Assembly (NCBI GenBank): GCA_963713975.1
Contig: OY970218.1
Location: 3,264,001 to 3,328,000, forward strand
Direction of reading: 5' to 3'
Source: an uncultured Chloroflexia bacterium
GTDB taxonomy: Bacteria > Chloroflexota > Limnocylindria > Limnocylindrales > CSP1-4
Length of the DNA: 64,000 bases
Below the pieces are notes generated by a model. That model did no database searches and was not told where the DNA came from. It saw nothing but the letters and a program-made list of their open reading frames with translations. Both the position numbers and the translations under genes were made by a program. Position 1 is the stretch's first letter. Each line of letters opens with the position of its first letter. Shown in pieces: positions 25,515-36,481 of the stretch.

Positions 25515-26869
25515 CGGACGGACTCCCTGGTCGGGCGCGGGGCTGGCGCCGGTCCGACTGGCAGCTCGGCGGCGATGTCGCGGCGGCGCTGCATGCCCTC
25601 CCAGCGGACGGCGTCGGCCGCGGTCTCCGCTGCCGTGCGGGCGCTTGCGATGTCCGGGCCGCGACCCACCACGGCGAGGACGCGTCCGCCGTTCGTCGCG
25701 AATCCTCCCTCGGGCCCGGCCAGCTCGACCGTGCCAGCATGGAACACCAGCGCTCCCAGGGCCCGGGCTGCCTCGATGCCGTCGATGGGGTCGCCCCGCC
25801 GCGGGTCGTTCGGGTAGCCACCCGCCGCGAGCACGATCGCGACGGCCGCCTCGTCCCGCACCGGGAGGCGGGTGGGCGCATCATCCGGGAGCTCACCCCG
25901 CGACGCTGCCCGGAGCACCGGACCGAGGTCCCCCGCAAGGCGCGGCAGGATGGCCTGGGCCTCGGGGTCGCCCAGGCGGACGTTCGTCTCGAGCAGCACC
26001 GGACCGTCCTCGGTGAGCATCAGGCCGGCGTAGAGGAAGCCGCGGAACGGCGAGCCGCGGCGGGCCATCTCGGCGAGGATCGGCAGGTGGACGGTGCGCA
26101 GGATCTCGTCCACGGCAGCATCGTCCAGGTCAGGCAGTGGCGAGTAGGCGCCCATCCCGCCCGTGTTGGGGCCACGGTCCCCGTCGCCCAGGCGCTTGTG
26201 GTCACGGGACGCCGGCAGGGCGACCGCCCGGGTCCCGTCGCAGATGGCGATGATGCTGGCCTCGCGACCCCATAGCCGCTCCTCGATGACCAGCGCCGGG
26301 TCTTCGGTCGGACGGCCGGTGAGGAACGGCGGCGCCAGCTCGAGGGCCTGGTCGAGGCCTTCCGTGACGACGACGCCCTTGCCGGCCGCGAGGCCGTCCG
26401 CCTTGAGCACGGCCCCCACCCCGTCCGCGGCCAGCTCGCGGATGAACGCCGTCGCATCCGCCTCCTCGCCGCCCGTGAAGGCGCGGGCTCTGGCCACCCG
26501 GACCCCGGCAGCGGAGGCGACCTCGTGACAGAACGCCTTGGACGTCTCCAGCCGGGCGGCCTCCCTCAGAGGGCCGAAGACCGCGACGCCGGCGGCCTCG
26601 AGCTCGTCCGCGACACCGGCGCCCAACGGCGCCTCGGGCCCCACGACCACGAGATCGACGGCCTCCGCGACGGCCAGCGCCGCCACCTCGATGGGGTCGA
26701 GCGGGTCCACCTCGGCGCGGCGGACGCCGCGCTCCAGCGCGATGGCCGCACTCCCGGGCGCCACGATCACATCGGAGATCGCGGTCTCGCCCGCAAGCTT
26801 CCAGGCGAGTGCGTGCTCGCGCCCGCCGCCGCCGAGAACGAGGACGCGGGCGGGCACTGCAGCGGTCAC
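25511..26869 (-). CDS. purD: GAR synthetase
   Basis: [41 protein letters not shown]. Confidence 0.97.
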   Translation of the reverse strand: MTAAVPARVLVLGGGGREHALAWKLAGETAISDVIVAPGSAAIALERGVRRAEVDPLDPIEVAALAVAEAVDLVVVGPEAPLGAGVADELEAAGVAVFGPLREAARLETSKAFCHEVASAAGVRVARARAFTGGEEADATAFIRELAADGVGAVLKADGLAAGKGVVVTEGLDQALELAPPFLTGRPTEDPALVIEERLWGREASIIAICDGTRAVALPASRDHKRLGDGDRGPNTGGMGAYSPLPDLDDAAVDEILRTVHLPILAEMARRGSPFRGFLYAGLMLTEDGPVLLETNVRLGDPEAQAILPRLAGDLGPVLRAASRGELPDDAPTRLPVRDEAAVAIVLAAGGYPNDPRRGDPIDGIEAARALGALVFHAGTVELAGPEGGFATNGGRVLAVVGRGPDIASARTAAETAADAVRWEGMQRRRDIAAELPVGPAPAPRPTRESVR

Positions 26870-26882
26870 CGTCGACCCGTGC

Positions 26883-28190
26883 TCAGGCCGGCTTGATGGG
26901 GCGGTGGCGCATCGGCCGCCAGGCCCGCTCGATCGTCTGCGTCCGCTCGGGCCCGACGGAGACGAACACGATCGGGACGCCGGCGTGCTCCTCGAGGGCG
27001 GTCACGTACCGGCGGGCGTTCTCCGGCAGGCCCGCCAGGGAACGCACGTCGTGGATCGGCTCCTCCCAGCCCTCGAAGTCCTCGTAGATCGGGACCGCCC
27101 GTGAGAGGGCGGCGCCGCTCGATGGCCAAGTGTCGATGCGCCGGCCGTCGATCTCGTAGGCGACGCCCAGCTTGATCGTCTCGATCCCCGACAGGATGTC
27201 CAGCTTGTTGAGCACGATCGCACTGTTGGAGTTGACGGCGACCGCGTAGCGCAGCGGGACCGTGTCGAACCACCCGACGCGGCGCGGCCGGCCGGTGACG
27301 GTCCCGAACTCGCGGCCGCGGTCCGCGATCCCGCGGCCCGTGTCGTCGAACAGCTCGGTGGGGAACGGCCCTGACCCGACCCGCGTGGAGTAGGCCTTCA
27401 TGACGCCGATGACCTCGTCCACCTGGAGCGGCCCGATGCCACCGCCGGTGCACGCCCCGCCGGCCACGGGGTTCGAGGAGGTCACGAAGGGATAGCTGCC
27501 GTGGTCCAGGTCCAGCAGGGTGCCCTGCGCTCCCTCGAGCAGGACGTGGTCGCCGCGACGGAGCGCGTCCTGGACCAGCCAGGTGGAGTCGTCGAGGTGG
27601 GCCCGCAGCCGTTCGCCCCATGCCAGTCCCTGCGCCACGAGTGGCTCGACCGCGAACGGGTCGCTTCCCATCGCTGCCAGCAGCAGGTTCTTGTCCACGA
27701 GGGCGCGGGTGATGCGCTCGCGCAGCGTGGGCTCGTCGACCAGGTCCTCCATCCGGAGACCCAGGCGCCAGGCGCGGTCGCCGTACGTGGGCCCGATGCC
27801 GCGACCCGTCGTGCCGACCTTGGCCGCCGCAAGGCGGCTCTCGTTGCCCTGGTCGAGCGCCACGTGGTACGGCATGATCACGTGCGCGCTGCGGCTGACG
27901 CGGACCTTGCCCACGTCGATGCCCTTGGCGGCGAGCATGTCGAGCTCGCGGATCAGGGTCGCCGGGTTGACCACGACGCCGTTGCCGATGACCGACGTGA
28001 TGTGCGGGTAGAGCACGCCCGACGGGCACAGCTGGAGCTTCAGGACCTCGTCGCCGACGACCACGGTGTGGCCGGCGTTGTCGCCGCCCTGGTAGCGGAC
28101 GACCATCGCCGTCTGCTCGGCCAGGAAGTCGGTCGTCTTCCCCTTGCCCTCATCCCCCCACTGGAGGCCAACGATCACGGTCGCGGGCAT
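26883..28190 (-). CDS. purA: Adenylosuccinate synthetase
   Basis: [39 protein letters not shown]. Confidence 0.98.
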   Translation of the reverse strand: MPATVIVGLQWGDEGKGKTTDFLAEQTAMVVRYQGGDNAGHTVVVGDEVLKLQLCPSGVLYPHITSVIGNGVVVNPATLIRELDMLAAKGIDVGKVRVSRSAHVIMPYHVALDQGNESRLAAAKVGTTGRGIGPTYGDRAWRLGLRMEDLVDEPTLRERITRALVDKNLLLAAMGSDPFAVEPLVAQGLAWGERLRAHLDDSTWLVQDALRRGDHVLLEGAQGTLLDLDHGSYPFVTSSNPVAGGACTGGGIGPLQVDEVIGVMKAYSTRVGSGPFPTELFDDTGRGIADRGREFGTVTGRPRRVGWFDTVPLRYAVAVNSNSAIVLNKLDILSGIETIKLGVAYEIDGRRIDTWPSSGAALSRAVPIYEDFEGWEEPIHDVRSLAGLPENARRYVTALEEHAGVPIVFVSVGPERTQTIERAWRPMRHRPIKPA

Positions 28191-28402
28191 GGCGTGCCTC
28201 CGGACAGCAAACGACCCCGGCGCGTGCCGGGGTCACAGATAGACATCTCCCGCGTCTGTCCGGCGGATACCCGGCGGACCGCAAACGCGAAGGTGGGAGC
28301 CCGTCTCACGGGGCGGACGCCGCGCCTTCCTCGAGCAATGGTCATTTCCTCCGTCGCGGACTGGCTCCGGCTCCGCGCAGCCTCGAGGACCGGGCGAGTA
28401 TA
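28191..28402 (-). promoter_or_regulatory. pur operon -10 box (TATACT) and structured ~200-nt 5' leader, candidate cis-regulatory RNA
   Basis: TATACT at 28402-28397, then consecutive hairpins. The last (GACCCCGGC/GCCGGGGTC, 28213-28234) precedes GTTTG and the GGAGG RBS. Confidence 0.55.
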
Positions 28403-28705
28403 GCGAAGGCGGGTCCGGTCGATCACGGGTTTCGGGGTTGCGGATCGGTGACGAACGGCGCCTCGGGGCCCGGAGAAGTGGCCGTTGAGCCGCGCGTAAC
28501 CGGCCGCGAAGTCGCCCTCGCTAGGGTTCGTGAAGCCCGTCGAGATCGCCGGCCCCGCCGAACCGTCGGCCCGCCGTGGCCCCGCTCGAGGGGGCCGGCA
28601 CCTCACCCGCCCGCCGGACATCGTTGCCCGCCGCACGAAGGATCGGCCGCACCCAGACGCGCCTCGGCGCGTGCGGACCGGTCGGAAGGAGACACCGGGA
28701 ACGCC

Positions 28706-29191
28706 ATGAACAGGGTCCTTCTCACCGGTCGCCTCACGCGCGACCCCGAGCTCCGCACCACCGCCAGCGGCAAGGCGGTGGCCCAGTTCTCCGTGGCCAG
28801 CCACGAGTACGTGGGCGGCAAGGAGCGCGCCGAGTTCCACTCGATCGTCGCCTGGAACCGGTTGGCAGAAACGTGTGGCCGCTACCTGGGCAAGGGCCAG
28901 CAGGTCGCCATCGAGGGCCGCATCCAGACACGTACGTGGGACGACGACGCCGGCCGGCGCCACTGGAAGACTGAGGTGATCGCGTCGAGCGTGGAGATGC
29001 TGGCCGGTCGCCGGCGTCGTGACAACGCGGTCGAGGCGGCCGCCGAGGCGCTCGAGGCGCAGGCTGTGGCGGCCGGGGTCCCCGCGGATGCGTCGGAGCC
29101 CGTCGCGGACGACTCCGGGTTCTCCGTGGCCCCGGGTGGTGGCGAGGACGAGGAGGAGGACGAGCTCCTCGAGGAGGCCGTCGCGGCCTGA
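28706..29191 (+). CDS. ssb: Single-stranded DNA-binding protein
   Basis: MNRVLLTGRLTRDPELR, KGQQVAIEGRIQTR, acidic tail; AAGGAG upstream. Confidence 0.93.
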   Translation: MNRVLLTGRLTRDPELRTTASGKAVAQFSVASHEYVGGKERAEFHSIVAWNRLAETCGRYLGKGQQVAIEGRIQTRTWDDDAGRRHWKTEVIASSVEMLAGRRRRDNAVEAAAEALEAQAVAAGVPADASEPVADDSGFSVAPGGGEDEEEDELLEEAVAA

Positions 29192-29265
29192 CGATCCCTC
29201 CTCCCTCGAGCCGGCGGCGGTGCGGTCCCCCCCTCCCGCGCCGTCGCCGGCCGCCACCTCAGACC

Positions 29266-30195
29266 CTACATTTCTCCGGATTCGCGCTGAGCGGAAGGGG
29301 CGTACAGCTGCCGCCGCGGCACGCCGGTCTCCGCGCTCACTGTCCGTGCCGCCTCTCCCCGGGCCATGCCGCCGTCCACCAGGCGCTGGACCGCCGCCCG
29401 GGCCGTCGCGATGACCGCCTGGCGGGCATCGCCGGAACCGGCCGCTGCCGGACCCCCGTCGTCCGTCGAGGTCGCCGTCGGCGACCAGCCCACGACGATC
29501 ACGACCTCGCCGCGGGCCGGGATCGTGCCGTCCGCTGCGAGCGCGGCCAGGTCACCCAGCGAGCCACGCACGACCACCTCGTGGAGCTTCGTCAGCTCGC
29601 GGCAGACCGCGCCCCGGCGGTCCGAACCGCAGGCCGCCGCGAGGTCCCGCAGGGTGGCGGCGGTACGGCCGGGGGCCTCGAACACGACGCTCCCCCGTTC
29701 ATCCGCCGCGATCCCGGCCATCCGGTCCCGGCGATCGCGCCCGCTGCGTGGCAGGAACCCCTCGAACGACCAGCGCGGACCCGCGACGCCGCTCGACGCC
29801 ACGGCGGCCAGCACGGCCGAGGCGCCGGGGACCGCGATGACGACGCCACCGACTCCGGACCAGGCCGCCACGAGTCCCTCGCCGGGATCGGAGACGATGG
29901 GCGTTCCGGCATCCGTCACGAGCGCCAGGTCGGCCCCGCCGCCGAGGTGCGCGAGCAGCTCCCGCTCGCGCGACGGCCCGCTCTGGGCGTGGTAGCTGGT
30001 GGTCCGCGTCGGGATGTCGTAGCGGGCCAGGAGCCGACGGGTGACCCGGGTGTCCTCGGCGGCGATCAGCGGGACCGATCGCAGGACCTCCAGCGCGCGG
30101 TACGTGACGTCGCCGAGGTTGCCGATCGGCGTGGCGACCACGTACAGGGTCCCACCCACGGACGCCGTGCCGGCCCCGGCGCCCTGACCGGTCAC
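29266..30195 (-). CDS. rsmI: 16S rRNA C1402 2'-O-methyltransferase
   Basis: LYVVATPIGNL, AEDTR, DAGTP.VSDPG, CRELTKLHE; GTGA overlap with the nadE stop. Confidence 0.95.
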   Translation of the reverse strand: MTGQGAGAGTASVGGTLYVVATPIGNLGDVTYRALEVLRSVPLIAAEDTRVTRRLLARYDIPTRTTSYHAQSGPSRERELLAHLGGGADLALVTDAGTPIVSDPGEGLVAAWSGVGGVVIAVPGASAVLAAVASSGVAGPRWSFEGFLPRSGRDRRDRMAGIAADERGSVVFEAPGRTAATLRDLAAACGSDRRGAVCRELTKLHEVVVRGSLGDLAALAADGTIPARGEVVIVVGWSPTATSTDDGGPAAAGSGDARQAVIATARAAVQRLVDGGMARGEAARTVSAETGVPRRQLYAPSAQRESGEM

Positions 30196-31091
30196 TGGCG
30201 TGCCGCGGACCCCGGCCGGCGCCGCGGGTACAGGTAGTCCACGCCGGCGGTCCTCGGCCCGAGCTTCGCGATCGGCGGAACCTGGCGCTTGAACTCGGAG
30301 CCCGCGACCATCCGGTCGACACGCTCGACAAGGGCTCGGTCGAACCCGAGCGCAACCACCTCGTCGACCGAGCGGCGCTTGTCGATCCGCCAGTACAGGA
30401 GCCGGTCCAGCTCCGGATAGGAGAAGCCGGCCTCGGCCTCGTCGGTCTGGCCCGGCCACAGGTCCGCGGACGGCGCCTTGCGGATGATCGCCTCGGGCAC
30501 GCCGATCGCGGCCGAGAGCTGGCGCACCTGGCTCTTGTACAGGTCCCCGATGGGATTGAAGGCGCAGGCCGAATCCCCGAACAGGGTCGTGTACCCGATC
30601 AGGGACTCGGCCTTGTTCCCGGTCCCCACCACGAGCCCGCGCCAGGTGACGGACCGGTCGTAGAGCACGGCCATGCGCATCCGGGCCATGAAGTTGCCAC
30701 GCCGCAGCGGCGACGCATCGAGCGCCTCCCGGCCGCCCTCGCCCGCGACGCCGTCCCGCCCGAAGTAGCCGTCCACCATGCCGCTGATCTCGACGACCTC
30801 GCCGCTGCAGCGAAGATCGGCCACGACCGCCTCCGCGTCGCCGCGCGAGGCCGGTGACGACGTCCGGTACGGCATCATCACGCACAGGAGCCTGTCCGGA
30901 CCGATCGACTCGGCCACCAGGTAGGCAACGAGCGCGGAGTCGATCCCGCCCGACAGCCCCAGGACAGCCCGGTCGAACCCGGCCTGCCGAAGCTGGCCAC
31001 GAATGAACGCGCCGATGACCTGGCGCGCGACGCCCGTATCGATCGCGAGCTCGTCGGGCAGCTCGAACATCGGGCCGTCGGTGCCGGTCAC
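30192..31091 (-). CDS. nadE: NAD+ synthetase, synthetase domain only
   Basis: GLSGGIDS, ARMRM, GTGNKAE, GDLYK, PSADLW.GQTDE. Start 31091 (GTGA overlap) or 31070. Confidence 0.93.
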   Translation of the reverse strand: MTGTDGPMFELPDELAIDTGVARQVIGAFIRGQLRQAGFDRAVLGLSGGIDSALVAYLVAESIGPDRLLCVMMPYRTSSPASRGDAEAVVADLRCSGEVVEISGMVDGYFGRDGVAGEGGREALDASPLRRGNFMARMRMAVLYDRSVTWRGLVVGTGNKAESLIGYTTLFGDSACAFNPIGDLYKSQVRQLSAAIGVPEAIIRKAPSADLWPGQTDEAEAGFSYPELDRLLYWRIDKRRSVDEVVALGFDRALVERVDRMVAGSEFKRQVPPIAKLGPRTAGVDYLYPRRRPGSAARQ

Positions 31092-32035
31092 CGGTCCATC
31101 GCCACATCGAGCCCGCCACGCGGCGCATGGGGCCCGTCGGGTGCTCCGGGGTCGGCCGTCGTGTCCGCGGCCAGGCCGGCGCGCTCCGCGATCAGGCGTC
31201 GCCATTCCCGGGCCACGAGCTCCGGGCGCTCGTCCCGCAAGAGCGGCAGCCCGATCCGCTCGCGCCGCACGTCGGCAAGGTCCACGTCAACGGTGAACAG
31301 GCCCTCATCGAACATCGGGGCACCGAAAAGAGGCGCTCCCGCGGGCCCGATCACCTCGGAGCCGCCCCAGAAGGAGAGGCTCTCGTCCACGCCCACGCGA
31401 TTGCAGAAGACGACGAACGTGGTGGTCAGCTGGGCGTAGGTCCGCATCAGGGCCCGCCATGACGACGCCGTCCCGAGGCCCACCTCGTGGCTCATCGCCA
31501 GGTCCCTGCCCGGCGACGAGGACACGTTGACCAGGATCTGCGCGCCGTCGAGGGCCAGCAGTTGGGGCGTCGCCAGGTGCCAGAAGTCCTCGCAGACCGC
31601 GAGCCCCATCCCGACGCCGAGCCTCGATGGCACGGCGCGGAGCATGTCGCCCTCGGCGAAGAATCGCCGCTCGTCGAACATCCCGTAGGTCGGCAGGTGG
31701 ATCTTGCGATGGACGTGGCGCAGCTCACCGTCCTCGAGCAGCGCCGCTGCGATGAACAGACGGTGATCTGCCGACTCCTCCACGAACGACACGACCGCCG
31801 ACAGACCGGTCGTCGCCTCGGCCAGACGCAGGAGGCGTGGGTCGTCGAGGCGCATGGCGACGTCGGCGGCCAGGTCCTGGAGCAGATAGCCCGTCAGGCC
31901 CAGCTCCGGGAACACGACCAGCCCGGCGCCGGCCGCGCGGGCCTGCCCGACCAGCTCGTGGTGGAGCTCGAGGTTGGCGTCGAGGTCGCCGAGACGCGGG
32001 GCGATCTGGGCTAGTGCGATGCGGAGCGGTTGCAC
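31088..32035 (-). CDS. Nitrilase-family C-N hydrolase, probable glutaminase partner of NadE
   Basis: Glu-Lys-Cys triad (FPEL, HRK, VCED); LPTYGMFDERRFF as in NadE glutaminase domains; stop overlaps the nadE start. Confidence 0.88.
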   Translation of the reverse strand: MQPLRIALAQIAPRLGDLDANLELHHELVGQARAAGAGLVVFPELGLTGYLLQDLAADVAMRLDDPRLLRLAEATTGLSAVVSFVEESADHRLFIAAALLEDGELRHVHRKIHLPTYGMFDERRFFAEGDMLRAVPSRLGVGMGLAVCEDFWHLATPQLLALDGAQILVNVSSSPGRDLAMSHEVGLGTASSWRALMRTYAQLTTTFVVFCNRVGVDESLSFWGGSEVIGPAGAPLFGAPMFDEGLFTVDVDLADVRRERIGLPLLRDERPELVAREWRRLIAERAGLAADTTADPGAPDGPHAPRGGLDVAMDR

Positions 32036-32044
32036 GCTCCGAGT

Positions 32045-33221
<1,177 letters not shown>

Positions 33222-33235
<14 letters not shown>

Positions 33236-34466
33236 TGCGATGCTCCGGTTCGGGCGGGACCGGCAGGCCACCGGCGCTGGGGTACAGGGACAGGGGGCCC
33301 TCCTCAGCCTCGACCCCGGCCACGAACCCCTTGAGGTCCGTGTATCCCGCCGCGGGTGCCAACTCGTCGGGCATGTCCTCGGGCGGCGGCGCGGCCACGA
33401 ACCCTGGGCGCTGTGGCCGACCCGCGCGGGCCTCCTCGGCGGTCGGCGGGTTGAAGCAGGCCACGCGGTGCGTGGCCGTGGCCCCGGTCGCGATGACGGC
33501 CGTGCCCTCGACGAGCGGGGTCAGCGCGGGGTTGTCGGTCCAGCACGCCTCCAGCCGCCAGGCGCAGCGGGGTGCGAACGGGCATCCGCTGGGTGCGTTG
33601 CGCATGTCGGGCGGCCGGCCCTCGATCGGGATGAGCGGCTCGCCCTCCCGCTCGTCCACCCGGGGCATCGAGTGCAGGAGGCCCACCGTGTACGGGTGTG
33701 ACGGCTTGTCGAACAGGTCGCCCGTCGGGGCCGTCTCGACGATGAAGCCCGCGTACATCACGTTGATCCGGTCGGTCATCCCGGCCACCACGCCCAGGTC
33801 ATGGGTGATCAGGATCAGCGACGTCCCCGACTCGCTCGTGAGGCGCGAGATCAGCTCGAGCACCTGGGCCTGGATCGTGACATCGAGGGCCGTCGTGGGC
33901 TCGTCCGCGATCATCAGCTTCGGCTCGAGCGCGAGGGCCATGGCGATCATGACCCGCTGCCGCATCCCGCCCGAGAACTGGTGGGGATAGCTCTTGAGGC
34001 GCTTCTCCGCCTGCGGGATCCCGACCATGCCCAGCAGCTCGACGGCGCGCGCCACCGCATCGCTCTTCGAGACCTTCTTGTGTGCCTGGATGGTCTCGAC
34101 CATCTGCTCCTGGACGGTCAGGACCGGGTTGAGGCTGGTCATCGGGTCCTGAAAGATCATCGCGATGTCCCGGCCGCGGATCTCCCGGAGGTCGGACTCG
34201 GCCATGGTGGCGAGGTCGACGCCGTCGAACAGCACGCTCCCGCCCTCGATCCTGCCCGCCGGCTTGGGCAGCAGCCGGATGATGGCGAGGTTGGTCACGC
34301 TCTTGCCGCAGCCGGACTCACCGACGAGGCCCAGGCGCTCCCCGCGGGCCAGCTCGAAGCTGACGCCATTGACCGCGTGGATCGTCCCGTCGTGGGTGCG
34401 GAACCTGACCACGAGGTCGCGGACGTCGAGGAGGGTCGTTCCGCCCTCGCCGCGCGCATCCGTCAT
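33222..34466 (-). CDS. Oligo/dipeptide ABC transporter ATPase (OppD/DppD type)
   Basis: [37 protein letters not shown]. Confidence 0.93.
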
Positions 34467-35356
34467 CGCTTCATCCTCGGGTCGAGCGACTCGCGCAGGC
34501 CGTCGCCCAGCAGGTTGAACCCCACTGCGGTGATCACGATGGCGAGGCCCGGGAAGAAGATGAGCCACGGGGCCTGGCGCAGGAACTTCGTCGCATCGGT
34601 GAGCATGGTGCCCCACTCGGGCGTACGCGGATCGGGCGGGCCGAGGCCCAGGAAGCCGAGGCCGGCAACGTCGATGATCGCGGTCGCGAGGGCGAGCGTT
34701 GCCGCCACGATCAGGGGCGTCAGCGAGTTGGGCAGCATGTGCCGCAGCAGGATGCGGCCACCTCCCGCTCCGAGCGAGCGCGAGGCCATGATGTAGTCCG
34801 ATTCGCGCAGCGACAGCAGGCTGCCGCGCAGGATGCGGGCGAAGATCGGGACGTTGACCATGGCGACGGCGAACATGATCTGCGGGAGGCCGCGATCCAG
34901 CCAGGCAACGATGCCGATCGCGAGCAGGATGCCCGGGATCGCGAGCATGACATCCACGACGCGCATCAGGACGGAGTCGACCTTGCCGCCGAGGCCTCCC
35001 GCGAGGGCGCCGATCGTGCCGCCGATCAGGACACCCATGACGACCGAGGCGATACCGGCCACGAGGCTCACCTGCGCGCCGTAGATGACGCGGCTGAACT
35101 CGTCGCGGCCCTGGAGGTCCGTACCCATGATGTGGGCCGGGCTGGGGGGCTGGAGCCGGTTCGCCAGCGTGCCCTCCATCGGGTCGTAGGGCGCGATGGC
35201 CGACGCGAACACCGCCGTCAGGATGAACAGGATGATGATCAGTACGCCGACCATGGCCGGCGCGTTCCGCCGCAGGCGGCGGAGGGCGTCACCCCACAGG
35301 CCGCGACTCGCCCGAGCCTCGACTGGACGCCGGACCGGGACCGCAGGTGCAGCCAT
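34463..35356 (-). CDS. Peptide ABC transporter permease (DppC type)
   Basis: GTDLQGRD, EAA-like loop, LGFLGLG, PEWG. Confidence 0.93.
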   Translation of the reverse strand: MAAPAVPVRRPVEARASRGLWGDALRRLRRNAPAMVGVLIIILFILTAVFASAIAPYDPMEGTLANRLQPPSPAHIMGTDLQGRDEFSRVIYGAQVSLVAGIASVVMGVLIGGTIGALAGGLGGKVDSVLMRVVDVMLAIPGILLAIGIVAWLDRGLPQIMFAVAMVNVPIFARILRGSLLSLRESDYIMASRSLGAGGGRILLRHMLPNSLTPLIVAATLALATAIIDVAGLGFLGLGPPDPRTPEWGTMLTDATKFLRQAPWLIFFPGLAIVITAVGFNLLGDGLRESLDPRMKR

Positions 35357-36360
35357 CAGGCGTACCGGATCCGCGGGTTGAGGAAGGCGTACATCACGTC
35401 CACGATCAGGTTCACCACCAGGAAGACGAGCGCGAAGAAGAGGATCGTGTTCTGGACCACGAGGTAGTCGCGGTTGTTGATCGCCTCGACGATGAACCGC
35501 CCGACTCCTCCCCAGGCGAAGACGGTCTCGGTGATGACCGCCCCCGCCAGCAGGCCGCCCACCTGGATCCCCATCACCGTGACCACCGGAAGCCAGGCAT
35601 TGCGCATGACGTGCCGGCTGTTGACCCGCTTCTCGGACAGGCCCTTCGCCCGCGCGGTGCGGACGTGGTCCTCGTTGCTCACGTCGAGCACGGAGGCGCG
35701 GGTGATCCGGGTGATGATCGCCAGCGGGATGGAGCCCAGGGCGATCGCCGGCAGGATGAGGTGCGTGATCCCGTCCCAGAACAGGTCGGGGCGACCCATG
35801 AGCAGCGAGTCGATGAGGACGAAGTTCGTTTGGATCTCGAGATTCGCCCGGGGGTCGATCCGGCCGCCGGCGGGCAGGATCCCGAGCTGGACGGCGAAGA
35901 TGTACTGGAGCGTGAGGCCCAGCACGAACACCGGGATGCTGATGCCCAGGAGCGAGACGATCGTCACGGCACCGTCGGGCCAGCCCTGCGCGTGGCGGGC
36001 CGCGAACCGGCCGAGGGGGATCCCGATGCCGGCGGCGAAGATGATCGCCCCGACCGTCAGCTCGATGGTCGCCGGGAACCGGGTCAGCAGTTCCTTGAGC
36101 AGCGGCTGGTTGTTGATGACGCTGGACCCGAGATCGCCCTGGAACAGGTTCCCGAGGTAGCCCAAGTACTGCTGCCAGAGCGGGTCATCGAGTCCGAGGT
36201 ACTCGCGCATCGCCGCGACGCGCGCTGGTGTCGCGTGCTGGCCGAGGATGGCCGCCGCCGGATCGCCGGGCAGCAGGTGCACGAAGCCGAACAGGATGAT
36301 GGACAGCCCGAACAGGACGGGGATGGCACCGATAAGCCGTCGGGCGATGTACTTGGCCAT
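35356..36360 (-). CDS. Peptide ABC transporter permease (DppB type)
   Basis: PGDPA, GDLGSS, TARAKGL, ITETVFAWGG. Confidence 0.93.
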   Translation of the reverse strand: MAKYIARRLIGAIPVLFGLSIILFGFVHLLPGDPAAAILGQHATPARVAAMREYLGLDDPLWQQYLGYLGNLFQGDLGSSVINNQPLLKELLTRFPATIELTVGAIIFAAGIGIPLGRFAARHAQGWPDGAVTIVSLLGISIPVFVLGLTLQYIFAVQLGILPAGGRIDPRANLEIQTNFVLIDSLLMGRPDLFWDGITHLILPAIALGSIPLAIITRITRASVLDVSNEDHVRTARAKGLSEKRVNSRHVMRNAWLPVVTVMGIQVGGLLAGAVITETVFAWGGVGRFIVEAINNRDYLVVQNTILFFALVFLVVNLIVDVMYAFLNPRIRYA

Positions 36361-36409
36361 CGGGTCGGGCGGTCCTCTGGATTGTGACGCGGTGTGCGGT
36401 CCCGGATGC

Positions 36410-36446
36410 GATGGTCCCCCGGGGCTGAGGCCGCCGGGGGACCATC
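36410..36446. terminator. Intercistronic hairpin after the binding-protein gene (partial terminator or mRNA stabiliser)
   Basis: GATGGTCCCCCGG/CCGGGGGACCATC perfect 13-bp stem. Confidence 0.6.
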
Positions 36447-36481
36447 TGCGCGTGGTGCCCGCCGTCAGCGGGCGTCACACG

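Noticed and set aside
28175-28345. Leader peptide from GGAGGAAATG in the purA leader
   Set aside because: SD-to-ATG spacing is only 2 nt and the peptide has no informative codon run.
28521-28538. CTAGGGTTC upstream of ssb resembling the start of a ykkC-type riboswitch
   Set aside because: Downstream conserved elements are missing, and it is on the wrong strand for the pur operon.
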